Assembly: GCA_964658305.1 (NCBI GenBank)
Contig: OZ210884.1
Location: 434,001 to 498,000, forward strand
Length of the DNA: 64,000 nt
Direction of reading: 5' to 3'
DNA from: Leptogorgia sarmentosa
Lineage: Eukaryota
The notes under the pieces: model-generated
Told to the model about the DNA's origin: nothing
The model's input: the letters and a program-made list of their open reading frames with translations, nothing else
Database searches by the model: none
Shown: piece after piece, positions 9,862 through 21,613 of the stretch
Numbering within the stretch: the first letter of the stretch is position 1
How the letters are laid out: each line of letters opens with the position of its first letter
Program-made: the position numbers and the translations under genes

Positions 9862-9930
9862 TTCCCATGCCGGGAATCGAACGCAGGCCATAGCGGGGAA
9901 AACGGCAGATCTTAACCACATAACATTTCT
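9862..9930 (-). pseudogene. Degenerate tRNA-Glu(TTC)
   Basis: Reverse strand ...GTGGTTAAGAT...GTTTTCCCCGC...GTTCGATTCCCGGCATGGGAA resembles metazoan tRNA-Glu; the 5' end is eroded. Confidence 0.6.
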
Positions 9931-9999
9931 CTACTTTTCTCCTTATTGCATGCTATAACACCAAAATTTTGCCAAATACATTCTGGAAATTTGCTCTTC

Positions 10000-10081
10000 C
10001 GTAGTGGGCAGGATTTGAACCTGGGCGGGAATTTCCCAACAGATTTCAAGTCTGTCGCGTTAACCACTCGGCCACGACCAC
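10000..10081 (-). tRNA. tRNA-Ser(TGA), degenerate copy
   Basis: Paralog of 7095-7176 with substitutions that break acceptor, D and T stem pairs. Confidence 0.72.
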
Positions 10082-10291
10082 GTTGGCATTAACCATCGCT
10101 TCCAGTTCGAAATGAATAAATTTTTATTCTGCCAGTAAAATCCAAGAAAATATTTTAGTAATCGTTTTCAAGTATTGGTGGATAGATTTAACACGAATCG
10201 TAGTATATGCATCTCAACACTTTGGGACGCATATTTCTCATCAGCCTGCTTTAAAGAATTTGAAATTTTTCCAGTTTATAGGTATGATAAG

Positions 10292-10362
10292 AAGGAGCGG
10301 GCGGATTTGACCACCGACCTCTCGATGTGCAGTCGAATGCTCTACCACTGAGCTACACTCCT
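10292..10362 (-). pseudogene. tRNA-Cys(GCA) pseudogene
   Basis: Paralog of 8826-8897 with a 1-nt deletion in the T loop (GGTCAAAT) and position 37 changed to C. Confidence 0.78.
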
Positions 10363-10503
10363 TGTGTTGACTACTATGTTAATTATACGCACATATCAAA
10401 CGCAGCTATAATAAATTCATGGACCTTTGTCAAACGTGATATCTTTGTATCAAAGAAAGGAACAAACGTTAAACAAATCGGATCTTTGACTTTAACGTGT
10501 TAA

Positions 10504-10575
10504 CGTTCAGTGGGGTAATGGTTAGCACTTTGGACTTTGAATCCGGTGGTCCGAGTTCAAGTCTCGGCAGAACCT
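10504..10575 (+). tRNA. tRNA-Gln(TTG), degenerate
   Basis: TGGGGTAATGGTTAGCACTTTGGACT-TTG-AATCCGG...GAGTTCAAGTCTCGGCAGAACCT; mismatches in the acceptor and D stems. Confidence 0.72.
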
Positions 10576-12376
10576 ATTTTGAACTAGGCATTTGAAACGT
10601 TGAATAAGGTAGCGAATGTCTCTTACAATGCTGCTTTGGAAATCTTAGTTATTTGAAAAATAATCATCGAGGAAGAACAACTGGGTGCAAAGGCGAATTA
10701 CTCCTTATTTTAGTTACAAATTAAAACGATATTTGGCATTTGAAGAGTTTTAAAATTTCAAACTTTATTCAAATTCATGATCATTTTTGACACATTTTCC
10801 AACTTCGTATGAACAAATCAAAATCATTATTATCAATGTAAACACATTCTGCAGCATCACTGGAGGGAGATTTTTAGCATCTGAAGAGTTTTAAAATTTC
10901 AAACATTACTCAAAATCATGATCATTTTCGACACATTTTCCAACTTCGTACGAACAAATCAAAATCATTGTTGTCAATGTAAACACACTCTGCAACATCG
11001 CTAGAGTGTGATTTTTTGCATTTGAAGAGTTTTAAAATTTCAAACTTTAGTCAAATTCATGATCATTTTTGACACATTTTCCAACTTCGTACGAACAAAT
11101 CAAAATCATTGTTATCAATGTAAACACACTCTGCAACATCGCTAAAGTGTGATTTTTGGCATCTGAAGAGTTTTAAAATTTCAAACAATAGTCAAAATCA
11201 TGATCATTTTCCACATATTTTCCAACTTCGTACGAACAAATCAAAATCATTATTATCAATGTAAACACACTCTGCAAGAACGCTAGAGTGAGATTTTTGG
11301 CATTTGAAGAGTTTTAAAATTTCAAACTTTAGTCAAATTTCATTTTTGACACATTTTCCAACTTCGTATGAACAAATCAAAATCATTATTATCAGTGTAA
11401 ACACACTCTGCAGCATCACTGGAGGGAGATTTTTAGCATCTGAAGAGTTTTAAAATTTCAAACATTAGTCAAAATCATGATCATTTTCGACACATTTTCC
11501 AACTTCGTACGAACAAATCAAAATCATTGTTATCAATATAAACACACTCTGCAGCATCACTGGAGGGAGATTTTTAGCATCTGAAGAGTTTTAAAATTTC
11601 AAACATTAGTCAAAATCATGATCATTTTCGACACATTTTCCAACTTCGTACGAACAAATCAAAATCATTGTTATCAATGTAAACACACTCTGCAACATCG
11701 CTAGAGTGTGATTTTTGGCATTAGAAGAGTTTTAAAATTTCAAACTTTAGTCAAATTCATGATCATTTTTGACAAATTTTCCAACTTCGTATGAACAAAT
11801 CAAAATCATTATTATCAATGTAAACACACTCTGCAGCATCACTGGAGGGAGATTTTTAGCATCTGAAGAGTTTTAAAATTTCAAACATTAGTCAAAATCA
11901 TGATCATTTTCGACACATTTTCCAACTTCGTACGAACAAATCAAAATCATTATTATCAATGTAAACACACTCTGCAGCATCACCGGAGGGAGATTTTTAG
12001 CATCTGAAGAGTTTTAAAATTTCAAACATTAGTCAAAATCATGATCATTTTCGACACATTTTCCAACTTCGTACGAACAAATCGAAATCATTGTTATCAA
12101 TGTAAACACACTCTGCAACATCGCTAGAGTGTGATTTTTGGCATTTGAAGAGTTTTAAAATTTCAAACACTAGTCAAAATCATGATCATTTTCGACACAT
12201 TTTCCAACTTCGTACGAACAAATCAAAATCATTATTATCAATGTAAACACACTCTGCAGCATCACTGGAGGGAGATTTTTAGTATCTGAAGAGTTTTAAA
12301 ATTTCAAACATTATTCAAAATCATGATCATTTTCGACACATTTTCCAACTTCGTACGAACAAATCAAAATCATTGT

Positions 12377-13120
12377 TGTTACGAGCGTGGTCCGTAAAAT
12401 TAATATTTCCTGCGTTTTGGCTCAATTTCTCTCGCAACAAAATATCACTGTGAGACAGTTACGTTTTTATAACTATATTTATTTCTTTAACCTAACAATT
12501 ATTATGTGACCTTTATAAGTATAGCGTCTTTGGAATATAATATCAAATTACTTATATTAAACTATAAGTTCAACTTATCTCTCCTTTGTCTGAGCACAAC
12601 TCTTTCGCTTCTTTATGTAGCTGTAACTTTGTCTCTTTTATCTTCGACACTTCTTCCGTATAATTCGTATAACAAGGCGTTAAAGCCTTCTATGTATTTG
12701 ACCAACAAGACTCGAAGGTCTTGTATAACTTAACGCTTTCGAACAAGACTCAAAGGTCTTGTATAGCTTGACGTTATTTAAAGCAAGGCTCGGAGGCCTT
12801 CTTCTTCTCCTCTCTCTCTACACATATATCTAAAGAGTTGTGCTCCTGCTTATATATACCTTGGAGAGGAACAGTCTTTTCATGCATTATCATTTCCTTT
12901 GGGAGGAATTTGCATTTCTTGCGGTAACCTCTCCCATGTATTACGCACTTGCGGTAATCTAGATTTTGCTTGCTCACGCATGACTCAACTAAAAGGCATC
13001 CCATGCGTGAAACAATTTTCTAAGGGTAAATAGCAAATAAGTATTTTATGGTATATAGTGATATATATTATAATATGGATTAAACTATAAACTATACATG
13101 ATAATAGCTATCATGTAACA
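12377..13120 (-). mobile_element. Solo LTR of an LTR retrotransposon (BEL/Pao- or Gypsy-like), 744 bp
   Basis: TGTTAC...GTAACA termini and 5-bp TSD ATTGT (12372-12376, 13121-13125), with the satellite resuming in register. A TATATAAG near 12850 and an AATAAA near 12480 on the minus strand suggest the orientation. Confidence 0.88.
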
Positions 13121-16100
13121 ATTGTTATCAATGTAAACACACTCTTCAACATCGCTAGAGTGTGATTTTTGGCATTTGAAGAGTTTTAAAATTTCAAACT
13201 TTAGTCAAATTCATGATCATTTTTGACAAATTTTCCAACTTCGTATGAACAAATCAAAATCATTATTATCAATGTAAACACACTCTGCAGCATGACTGAA
13301 GGGAGATTTTTAGCATTTGAAGAGTTTTAAAATTTCAAACATTAGTCAAAATCATGATCATTTTCGACACATTTTCCAACTTCGTATGAACAAATCAAAA
13401 TCATTATTATCAACGCAAACACACTCTGCAGCATCACTGGAGGGAGATTTTTAGCATCTGAAGAGTTTTAAAATTTCAAACATTAGTCAAAATCATGATC
13501 ATTTTCGATACATTTTCCAACTTCGTACAAACAAATCGAAATCATTGTTATCAATGTAAACACACTCTGCAACATCGCTAGAGTGTGATTTTTGGCATTT
13601 GAAGAGGTTTAAAATTTCAAACATTAGTCAAAATCATGATCATTTTCGACACATTTTCCAACTTCGTACGAACAAATCAAAATCATTATTATCAATGTAA
13701 ACACACTCTGCAGCATCACTGGAGGGAGATTTTTAGCATCTGAAGAGTTTTAAAATTTCAAACATTAGTCAAAATCTTGATCATTTTCGACACATTTTCC
13801 AACTTCGTACGAACAAATCAAAATCATTGTTATCAATGTAAACACACTCTGCAGCATCACTGGAGGGAGATTTTTAGCATCTGAAGAGTTTTAAAATTTC
13901 AAACATTAGTCAAAATCATGATCATTTTCGACACATTTTCCAACTTCGTACGAACAAATCAAAATCATTGTTATCAATGTAAACACACTCTGCAACATCG
14001 CTAGAGTGTGATTTTTGGCATTTGAAGAGTTTTAAAATTTCAAACTTTAGTCAAATTCATGATGATTTTTGACAAATTTTCCAACTTCGTATGAACAAAT
14101 CAAAATCATTATTATCAATGTAAACACACTCTGCAGCATCACTGGAGGGAGATTTTTAGCATCTGAAGAGTTTTAAAATTTCAAACATTAGTCAAAATCA
14201 TGATCATTTTCCACACATTTTCCAACTTCGTACGAACAAATCAAAATCATTGTTATCAATGTAAACACACTCTGCAGCATCACTGGAGGGAGATTTTTAG
14301 CATCTGAAGAATTTTAAAATTTCAAACATTAGTCAAAATCATGATCATTTTCGACACATTTTCCAACTTCGTACGAACAAATCAAAATCATTGTTATCAA
14401 TGTAAACACACTATGCAGCATCACTGGAGGGAGATTTTTAGCATCTGAAGAGTTTTAAAATTTCAAACATTAGTCAAAATCATGATCATTTTCGACACAT
14501 TTTCCAACTTCGTACGAACAAATCAAAATCATTGTTATCAATGTAAACACACTCTGCAGCATCACTGGAGGGAGATTTTTAGCATCTGAAGAGTTTTAAA
14601 ATTTCAAACATTAGTCAAAATCATGATCATTTTCGACACATTTTCCAACTTCGTACGAACAAATCAAAATCATTGTTATCAATGTAAACACACTCTGCAG
14701 CATCACTGGAGGGAGATTTTTAGCATCTGAAGAGTTTTAAAATTTCAAACATTAGTCAAAATCATGATCATTTTCGACACATTTTCCAACTTCGTACGAA
14801 CAAATTAAAATCATTGTTATCAATGTAAACACACTATGCAGCATCACTGGAGGGAGATTTTTAGCATCTGAAGAGTTTTAAAATTTCAAACATTAGTCAA
14901 AATCATGATCATTTTCGACACATTTTCCAACTTCGTACGAACAAATCAAAATCATTGTTATCAATGTAAACACACTCTGCAACATCGCTAGAGTGTGATT
15001 TTTGGCATTTGAAGAGTTTTAAAATTTCAAACTTTATTCAAATTCATGATCATTTTTGACACATTTTCCAACTTCGTATGAACAAATCAAAATCATTATT
15101 ATCAATGTAAACACACTCTGCAGCATCACTTGAGGGAGATTTTTAGCATCTGAAGAGTTTTAAAATTTCAAACATTATTCAAAATCATGATCATTTTCGA
15201 CACATTTTCCAACTTCGTACGAACAAATCAAAATCATTGTTATCAATGTAAACACACTCTGCAACATCGCTAGAGTGTGATTTTTGGCATTTGAAGAGTT
15301 TTAAAATTTCAAACTTTATTCAAATTCATGATCATTTTTGACACATTTTCCAACTTCGTATGAACAAATCAAAATCATTATTATCAATATAAACACATTC
15401 TGCAGCATCACTGGAGGGAGATTTTTAGTATCTGAAGAGTTTTAAAATTTCAAACATTAGTCAAAATCATGATCATTTTCGACACATTTTACAACTTCGT
15501 ACGAACAAATCAAAATCATTGTTATCAATGTAAATACACTACGCAGCATCACTGGAGGGAGATTTTTAGCATCTGAAGAGTTTTAAAATTTCAAACATTA
15601 GTCAAAATCATGATCATTTTCGACACATTTTCCAACTTCGTACGAACAAATCAAAATCATTGTTATCAATATAAACACACTCTGCAGCATCACTGGAGGG
15701 AGATTTTTAGCATCTGAAGAGTTTTAAAATTTCAAACATTAGTCAAAATCATGATCATTTTCGACACATTTTCCAACTTCGTACGAACAAATCAAAATCA
15801 TTGTTATCAATGTAAACACACTCTGCAACATCGCTAGAGTGTGATTTTTGGCATTAGAAGAGTTTTAAAATTTCAAACATTAGTCAAAATCATGATCATT
15901 TTTGACAAATTTTCCAACTTCGTATGAACAAATCAAAATCATTATTATCAATGTAAACACACTCTGCAGCATCACTGGAGGGAGATTTTTAGCATCTGAA
16001 GAGTTTTAAAATTTCAAACATTAGTCAAAATCTTGATCATTTTCGACACATTTTCCAACTTCGTACGAACAAATCAAAATCATTGTTATCAATGTAAACA

Positions 16101-19100
16101 CACTCTGCAGCATCACTGGAGGGAGATTTTTAGCATCTGAAGAGTTTTAAAATTTCAAACATTAGTCAAAATCATGATCATTTTCGACATATTTTCCAAC
16201 TTCGTACGAACAAATCAAAATCATTGTTATCAATGTAAACACACTCTGCAACATCGCTAGAGTGTGATTTTTGGCATTTGAAGAGTTTTAAAATTTCAAA
16301 CTTTAGTCAAATTCATGATGATTTTTGACAAATTTTCCAACTTCGTATGAACAAATCAAAATCATTATTATCAATGTAAACACACTCTGCAGCATCACTG
16401 GAGGGAGATTTTTAGCATCTGAAGAGTTTTAAAATTTCAAACATTAGTCAAAATCATGATCATTTTCCACACATTTTCCAACTTCGTACGAACAAATCAA
16501 AATCATTGTTATCAATGTAAACACACTCTGCAGCATCACTGGAGGGAGATTTTTAGCATCTGAAGAATTTTAAAATTTCAAACATTAGTCAAAATCATGA
16601 TCATTTTCGACACATTTTCCAACTTCGTACGAACAAATCAAAATCATTGTTATCAATGTAAACACACTATGCAGCATCACTGGAGGGAGATTTTTAGCAT
16701 CTGAAGAGTTTTAAAATTTCAAACATTAGTCAAAATCATGATCATTTTCGACACATTTTCCAACTTCGTACGAACAAATCAAAATCATTGTTATCAATGT
16801 AAACACACTCTGCAGCATCACTGGAGGGAGATTTTTAGCATCTGAAGAGTTTTAAAATTTCAAACATTAGTCAAAATCATGATCATTTTCGACACATTTT
16901 CCAACTTCGTACGAACAAATCAAAATCATTGTTATCAATGTAAACACACTCTGCAGCATCACTGGAGGGAGATTTTTAGCATCTGAAGAGTTTTAAAATT
17001 TCAAACATTAGTCAAAATCATGATCATTTTCGACACATTTTCCAACTTCGTACGAACAAATTAAAATCATTGTTATCAATGTAAACACACTATGCAGCAT
17101 CACTGGAGGGAGATTTTTAGCATCTGAAGAGTTTTAAAATTTCAAACATTAGTCAAAATCATGATCATTTTCGACACATTTTCCAACTTCGTACGAACAA
17201 ATCAAAATCATTGTTATCAATGTAAACACACTCTGCAACATCGCTAGAGTGTGATTTTTGGCATTTGAAGAGTTTTAAAATTTCAAACTTTATTCAAATT
17301 CATGATCATTTTTGACACATTTTCCAACTTCGTATGAACAAATCAAAATCATTATTATCAATGTAAACACACTCTGCAGCATCACTTGAGGGAGATTTTT
17401 AGCATCTGAAGAGTTTTAAAATTTCAAACATTATTCAAAATCATGATCATTTTCGACACATTTTCCAACTTCGTACGAACAAATCAAAATCATTGTTATC
17501 AATGTAAACACACTCTGCAACATCGCTAGAGTGTGATTTTTGGCATTTGAAGAGTTTTAAAATTTCAAACTTTATTCAAATTCATGATCATTTTTGACAC
17601 ATTTTCCAACTTCGTATGAACAAATCAAAATCATTATTATCAATATAAACACATTCTGCAGCATCACTGGAGGGAGATTTTTAGTATCTGAAGAGTTTTA
17701 AAATTTCAAACATTAGTCAAAATCATGATCATTTTCGACACATTTTACAACTTCGTACGAACAAATCAAAATCATTGTTATCAATGTAAATACACTACGC
17801 AGCATCACTGGAGGGAGATTTTTAGCATCTGAAGAGTTTTAAAATTTCAAACATTAGTCAAAATCATGATCATTTTCGACACATTTTCCAACTTCGTACG
17901 AACAAATCAAAATCATTGTTATCAATATAAACACACTCTGCAGCATCACTGGAGGGAGATTTTTAGCATCTGAAGAGTTTTAAAATTTCAAACATTAGTC
18001 AAAATCATGATCATTTTCGACACATTTTCCAACTTCGTACGAACAAATCAAAATCATTGTTATCAATGTAAACACACTCTGCAACATCGCTAGAGTGTGA
18101 TTTTTGGCATTAGAAGAGTTTTAAAATTTCAAACTTTAGTCAAATTCATGATCATTTTTGACAAATTTTCCAACTTCGTATGAACAAATCAAAATCATTA
18201 TTATCAATGTAAACACACTCTGCAGCATCACTGGAGGGAGATTTTTAGCATCTGAAGAGTTTTAAAATTGCAAACATTAGTCAAAATCATGATCATTTTC
18301 GACACATTTTCCAACTTCGTACGAACAAATCAAAATCATTATTATCAATGTAAACACACTCTGCAGCATCACCGGAGGGAGATTTTTAGCATCTGAAGAG
18401 TTTTAAAATTTCAAACATTAGTCAAAATCATGATCATTTTCGTCACATTTTCCAACTTCGTACGAACAAATCGAAATCATTGTTATCAATGTAAACACAC
18501 TCTGCAACATCGCTAGAGTGTGATTTTTGGCATTTGAAGGGTTTTAAAATTTCAAACATTAGTCAAAATCATGATCATTTTCGACACATTTTCCAACTTC
18601 GTACGAACAAATCAAAATCATTATTATCAATGTAAACACACTCTGCAGCATCACTGGAGGGAGATTTTTAGTATCTGAAGAGTTTTAAAATTTCAAACAT
18701 TATTCAAAATCATGATCATTTTCGACACATTTTCCAACTTCGTACGAACAAATCGAAATCATTGTTATCAATGTAAACACACTCTTCAACATCGCTAGAG
18801 TGTGATTTTTGGCATTTGAAGAGTTTTAAAATTTCAAACTTTAGTCAAATTCATCATCATTTTTGACAAATTTTCCAACTTCGTATGAACAAATCAAAAT
18901 CATTATTATCAATGTAAACACACTCTGCAGCATGACTGAAGGGAGATTTTTAGCATTTGAAGAGTTTTAAAATTTCAAACATTAGTCAAAATCATGATCA
19001 TTTTCGACACATTTTCCAACTTCGTATGAACAAATCAAAATCATTATTATCAACGCAAACACACTCTGCAGCATCACTGGAGGGAGATTTTTAGCATCTG

Positions 19101-21008
19101 AAGAGTTTTAAAATTTCAAACATTAGTCAAAATCATGATCATTTTCGATACATTTTCCAACTTCGTACAAACAAATCGAAATCATTATTATCAATGTAAA
19201 CACACTCTGCAACATCGCTAGAGTGTGATTTTTGGCATTTGAAGAGTTTTAAAATTTCAAACATTAGTCAAAATCATGATCATTTTCGACACATTTTCCA
19301 ACTTCGTACGAACAAATCAAAATCATTATTATCAATGTAAACACACTCTGCAGCATCACTGGAGGGAGATTTTTAGCATCTGAAGAGTTTTAAAATTTCA
19401 AACATTAGTCAAAATCTTGATCATTTTCGACACATTTTCCAACTTCGTACGAACAAATCAAAATCATTGTTATCAATGTAAACACACTCTGCAGCATCAC
19501 TGGAGGGAGATTTTTAGCATCTGAAGAGTTTTAAAATTTCAAACATTAGTCAAAATCATGATCATTTTCGACACATTTTCCAACTTCGTACGAACAAATC
19601 AAAATCATTGTTATCAATGTAAACACACTCTGCAACATCGCTAGAGTGTGATTTTTGGCATTTGAAGAGTTTTAAAATTTCAAACTTTAGTCAAATTCAT
19701 GATGATTTTTGACAAATTTTCCAACTTCGTATGAACAAATCAAAATCATTATTATCAATGTAAACACACTCTGCAGCATCACTGGAGGGAGATTTTTAGC
19801 ATCTGAAGAGTTTTAAAATTTCAAACATTAGTCAAAATCATGATCATTTTCCACACATTTTCCAACTTCGTACGAACAAATCAAAATCATTGTTATCAAT
19901 GTAAACACACTCTGCAGCATCACTGGAGGGAGATTTTTAGCATCTGAAGAATTTTAAAATTTCAAACATTAGTCAAAATCATGATCATTTTCGACACATT
20001 TTCCAACTTCGTACGAACAAATCAAAATCATTGTTATCAATGTAAACACACTATGCAGCATCACTGGAGGGAGATTTTTAGCATCTGAAGAGTTTTAAAA
20101 TTTCAAACATTAGTCAAAATCATGATCATTTTCGACACATTTTCCAACTTCGTACGAACAAATCAAAATCATTGTTATCAATGTAAACACACTCTGCAGC
20201 ATCACTGGAGGGAGATTTTTAGCATCTGAAGAGTTTTAAAATTTCAAACATTAGTCAAAATCATGATCATTTTCGACACATTTTCCAACTTCGTACGAAC
20301 AAATCAAAATCATTGTTATCAATGTAAACACACTCTGCAGCATCACTGGAGGGAGATTTTTAGCATCTGAAGAGTTTTAAAATTTCAAACATTAGTCAAA
20401 ATCATGATCATTTTCGACACATTTTCCAACTTCGTACGAACAAATTAAAATCATTGTTATCAATGTAAACACACTATGCAGCATCACTGGAGGGAGATTT
20501 TTAGCATCTGAAGAGTTTTAAAATTTCAAACATTAGTCAAAATCATGATCATTTTCGACACATTTTCCAACTTCGTACGAACAAATCAAAATCATTGTTA
20601 TCAATGTAAACACACTCTGCAACATCGCTAGAGTGTGATTTTTGGCATTTGAAGAGTTTTAAAATTTCAAACTTTATTCAAATTCATGATCATTTTTGAC
20701 ACATTTTCCAACTTCGTATGAACAAATCAAAATCATTGTTATCAATGTAAACACACTCTGCAGCATCACTGGAGGGAGATTTTTAGCATCTGAAGAGTTT
20801 TAAAATTTCAAACATTAGTCAAAATCATGATCATTTTCGACACATTTTCCAACTTCGTACGAACAAATCAAAATCATTGTTATCAATGTAAACACACTCT
20901 GCAGCATCACTGGAGGGAGATTTTTAGCATCTGAAGAGTTTTAAAATTTCAAACATTAGTCAAAATCATGATCATTTTCGACACATTTTCCAACTTCGTA
21001 CGAACAAA

Positions 21009-21613
21009 CAGTGCTCTCACTTCTAAGGATTTTTCCTCAGAAATAGGAATTTAGCAAAGTTTTAAGGATTTTTTTAAGGAATTCAATTTTTAAGGAATTT
21101 TCTAAGGAATTTTAATATTTCGAGAAAAGCCACTCTCTCCAGTAATTCTGTAGCTCAGTGAGAAAAGCCTTTGGTAAAATGCACTGAGCTGAAGAATTAC
21201 TAATTTATAATAAAGTAATTCTTTATCTTAGTGGTAAAATGCCTGTGAAACATATGTCACAGCAAACTAAAATTTAAAAAATGGTGATTATAGTTAATTT
21301 ACATAATTATAGTTTCTGATAAATTGCGCGAATGTGCGTTTCCGGTCCGGCTCAGGAGATGATAAGTCGCTCATTCTATCCCATTTTATCTTGTATATAC
21401 TTAAGTAAGCTCAGGTACCTCACAAATTGTGTTTATTAACGATTTTCCAACTATTTGAGTCTTGTTTTTAAAACAAGAGGCAAAAGAACGGGATTGCAGG
21501 GTACTTTGGGGGTAGTTGCCAGGATAAACAAGTCATTTAAGGAATTTTGGGAATATCTGAGGAATTCCGGAGCTCACGCTAAAGAATTTTGAAAATTCGT
21601 TGTGAGAGCGCTG
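21009..21613. mobile_element. Non-autonomous hAT-type element (MITE), 605 bp
   Basis: 12-bp TIRs CAGTGCTCTCAC / GTGAGAGCGCTG (11 of 12 match), 8-bp TSD CGAACAAA (21001-21008, 21614-21621), and subterminal AAGGA(A)TTT repeats. Confidence 0.92.

Noticed and set aside
10943..10960. CENP-B box-like CTTCGTACGAACAAAT
   Set aside because: It matches TTCG....A but lacks the required CGGG half.
12506..13004. ORFs within the 744-bp insertion
   Set aside because: Low-complexity translations inside an LTR with no gag or pol similarity.
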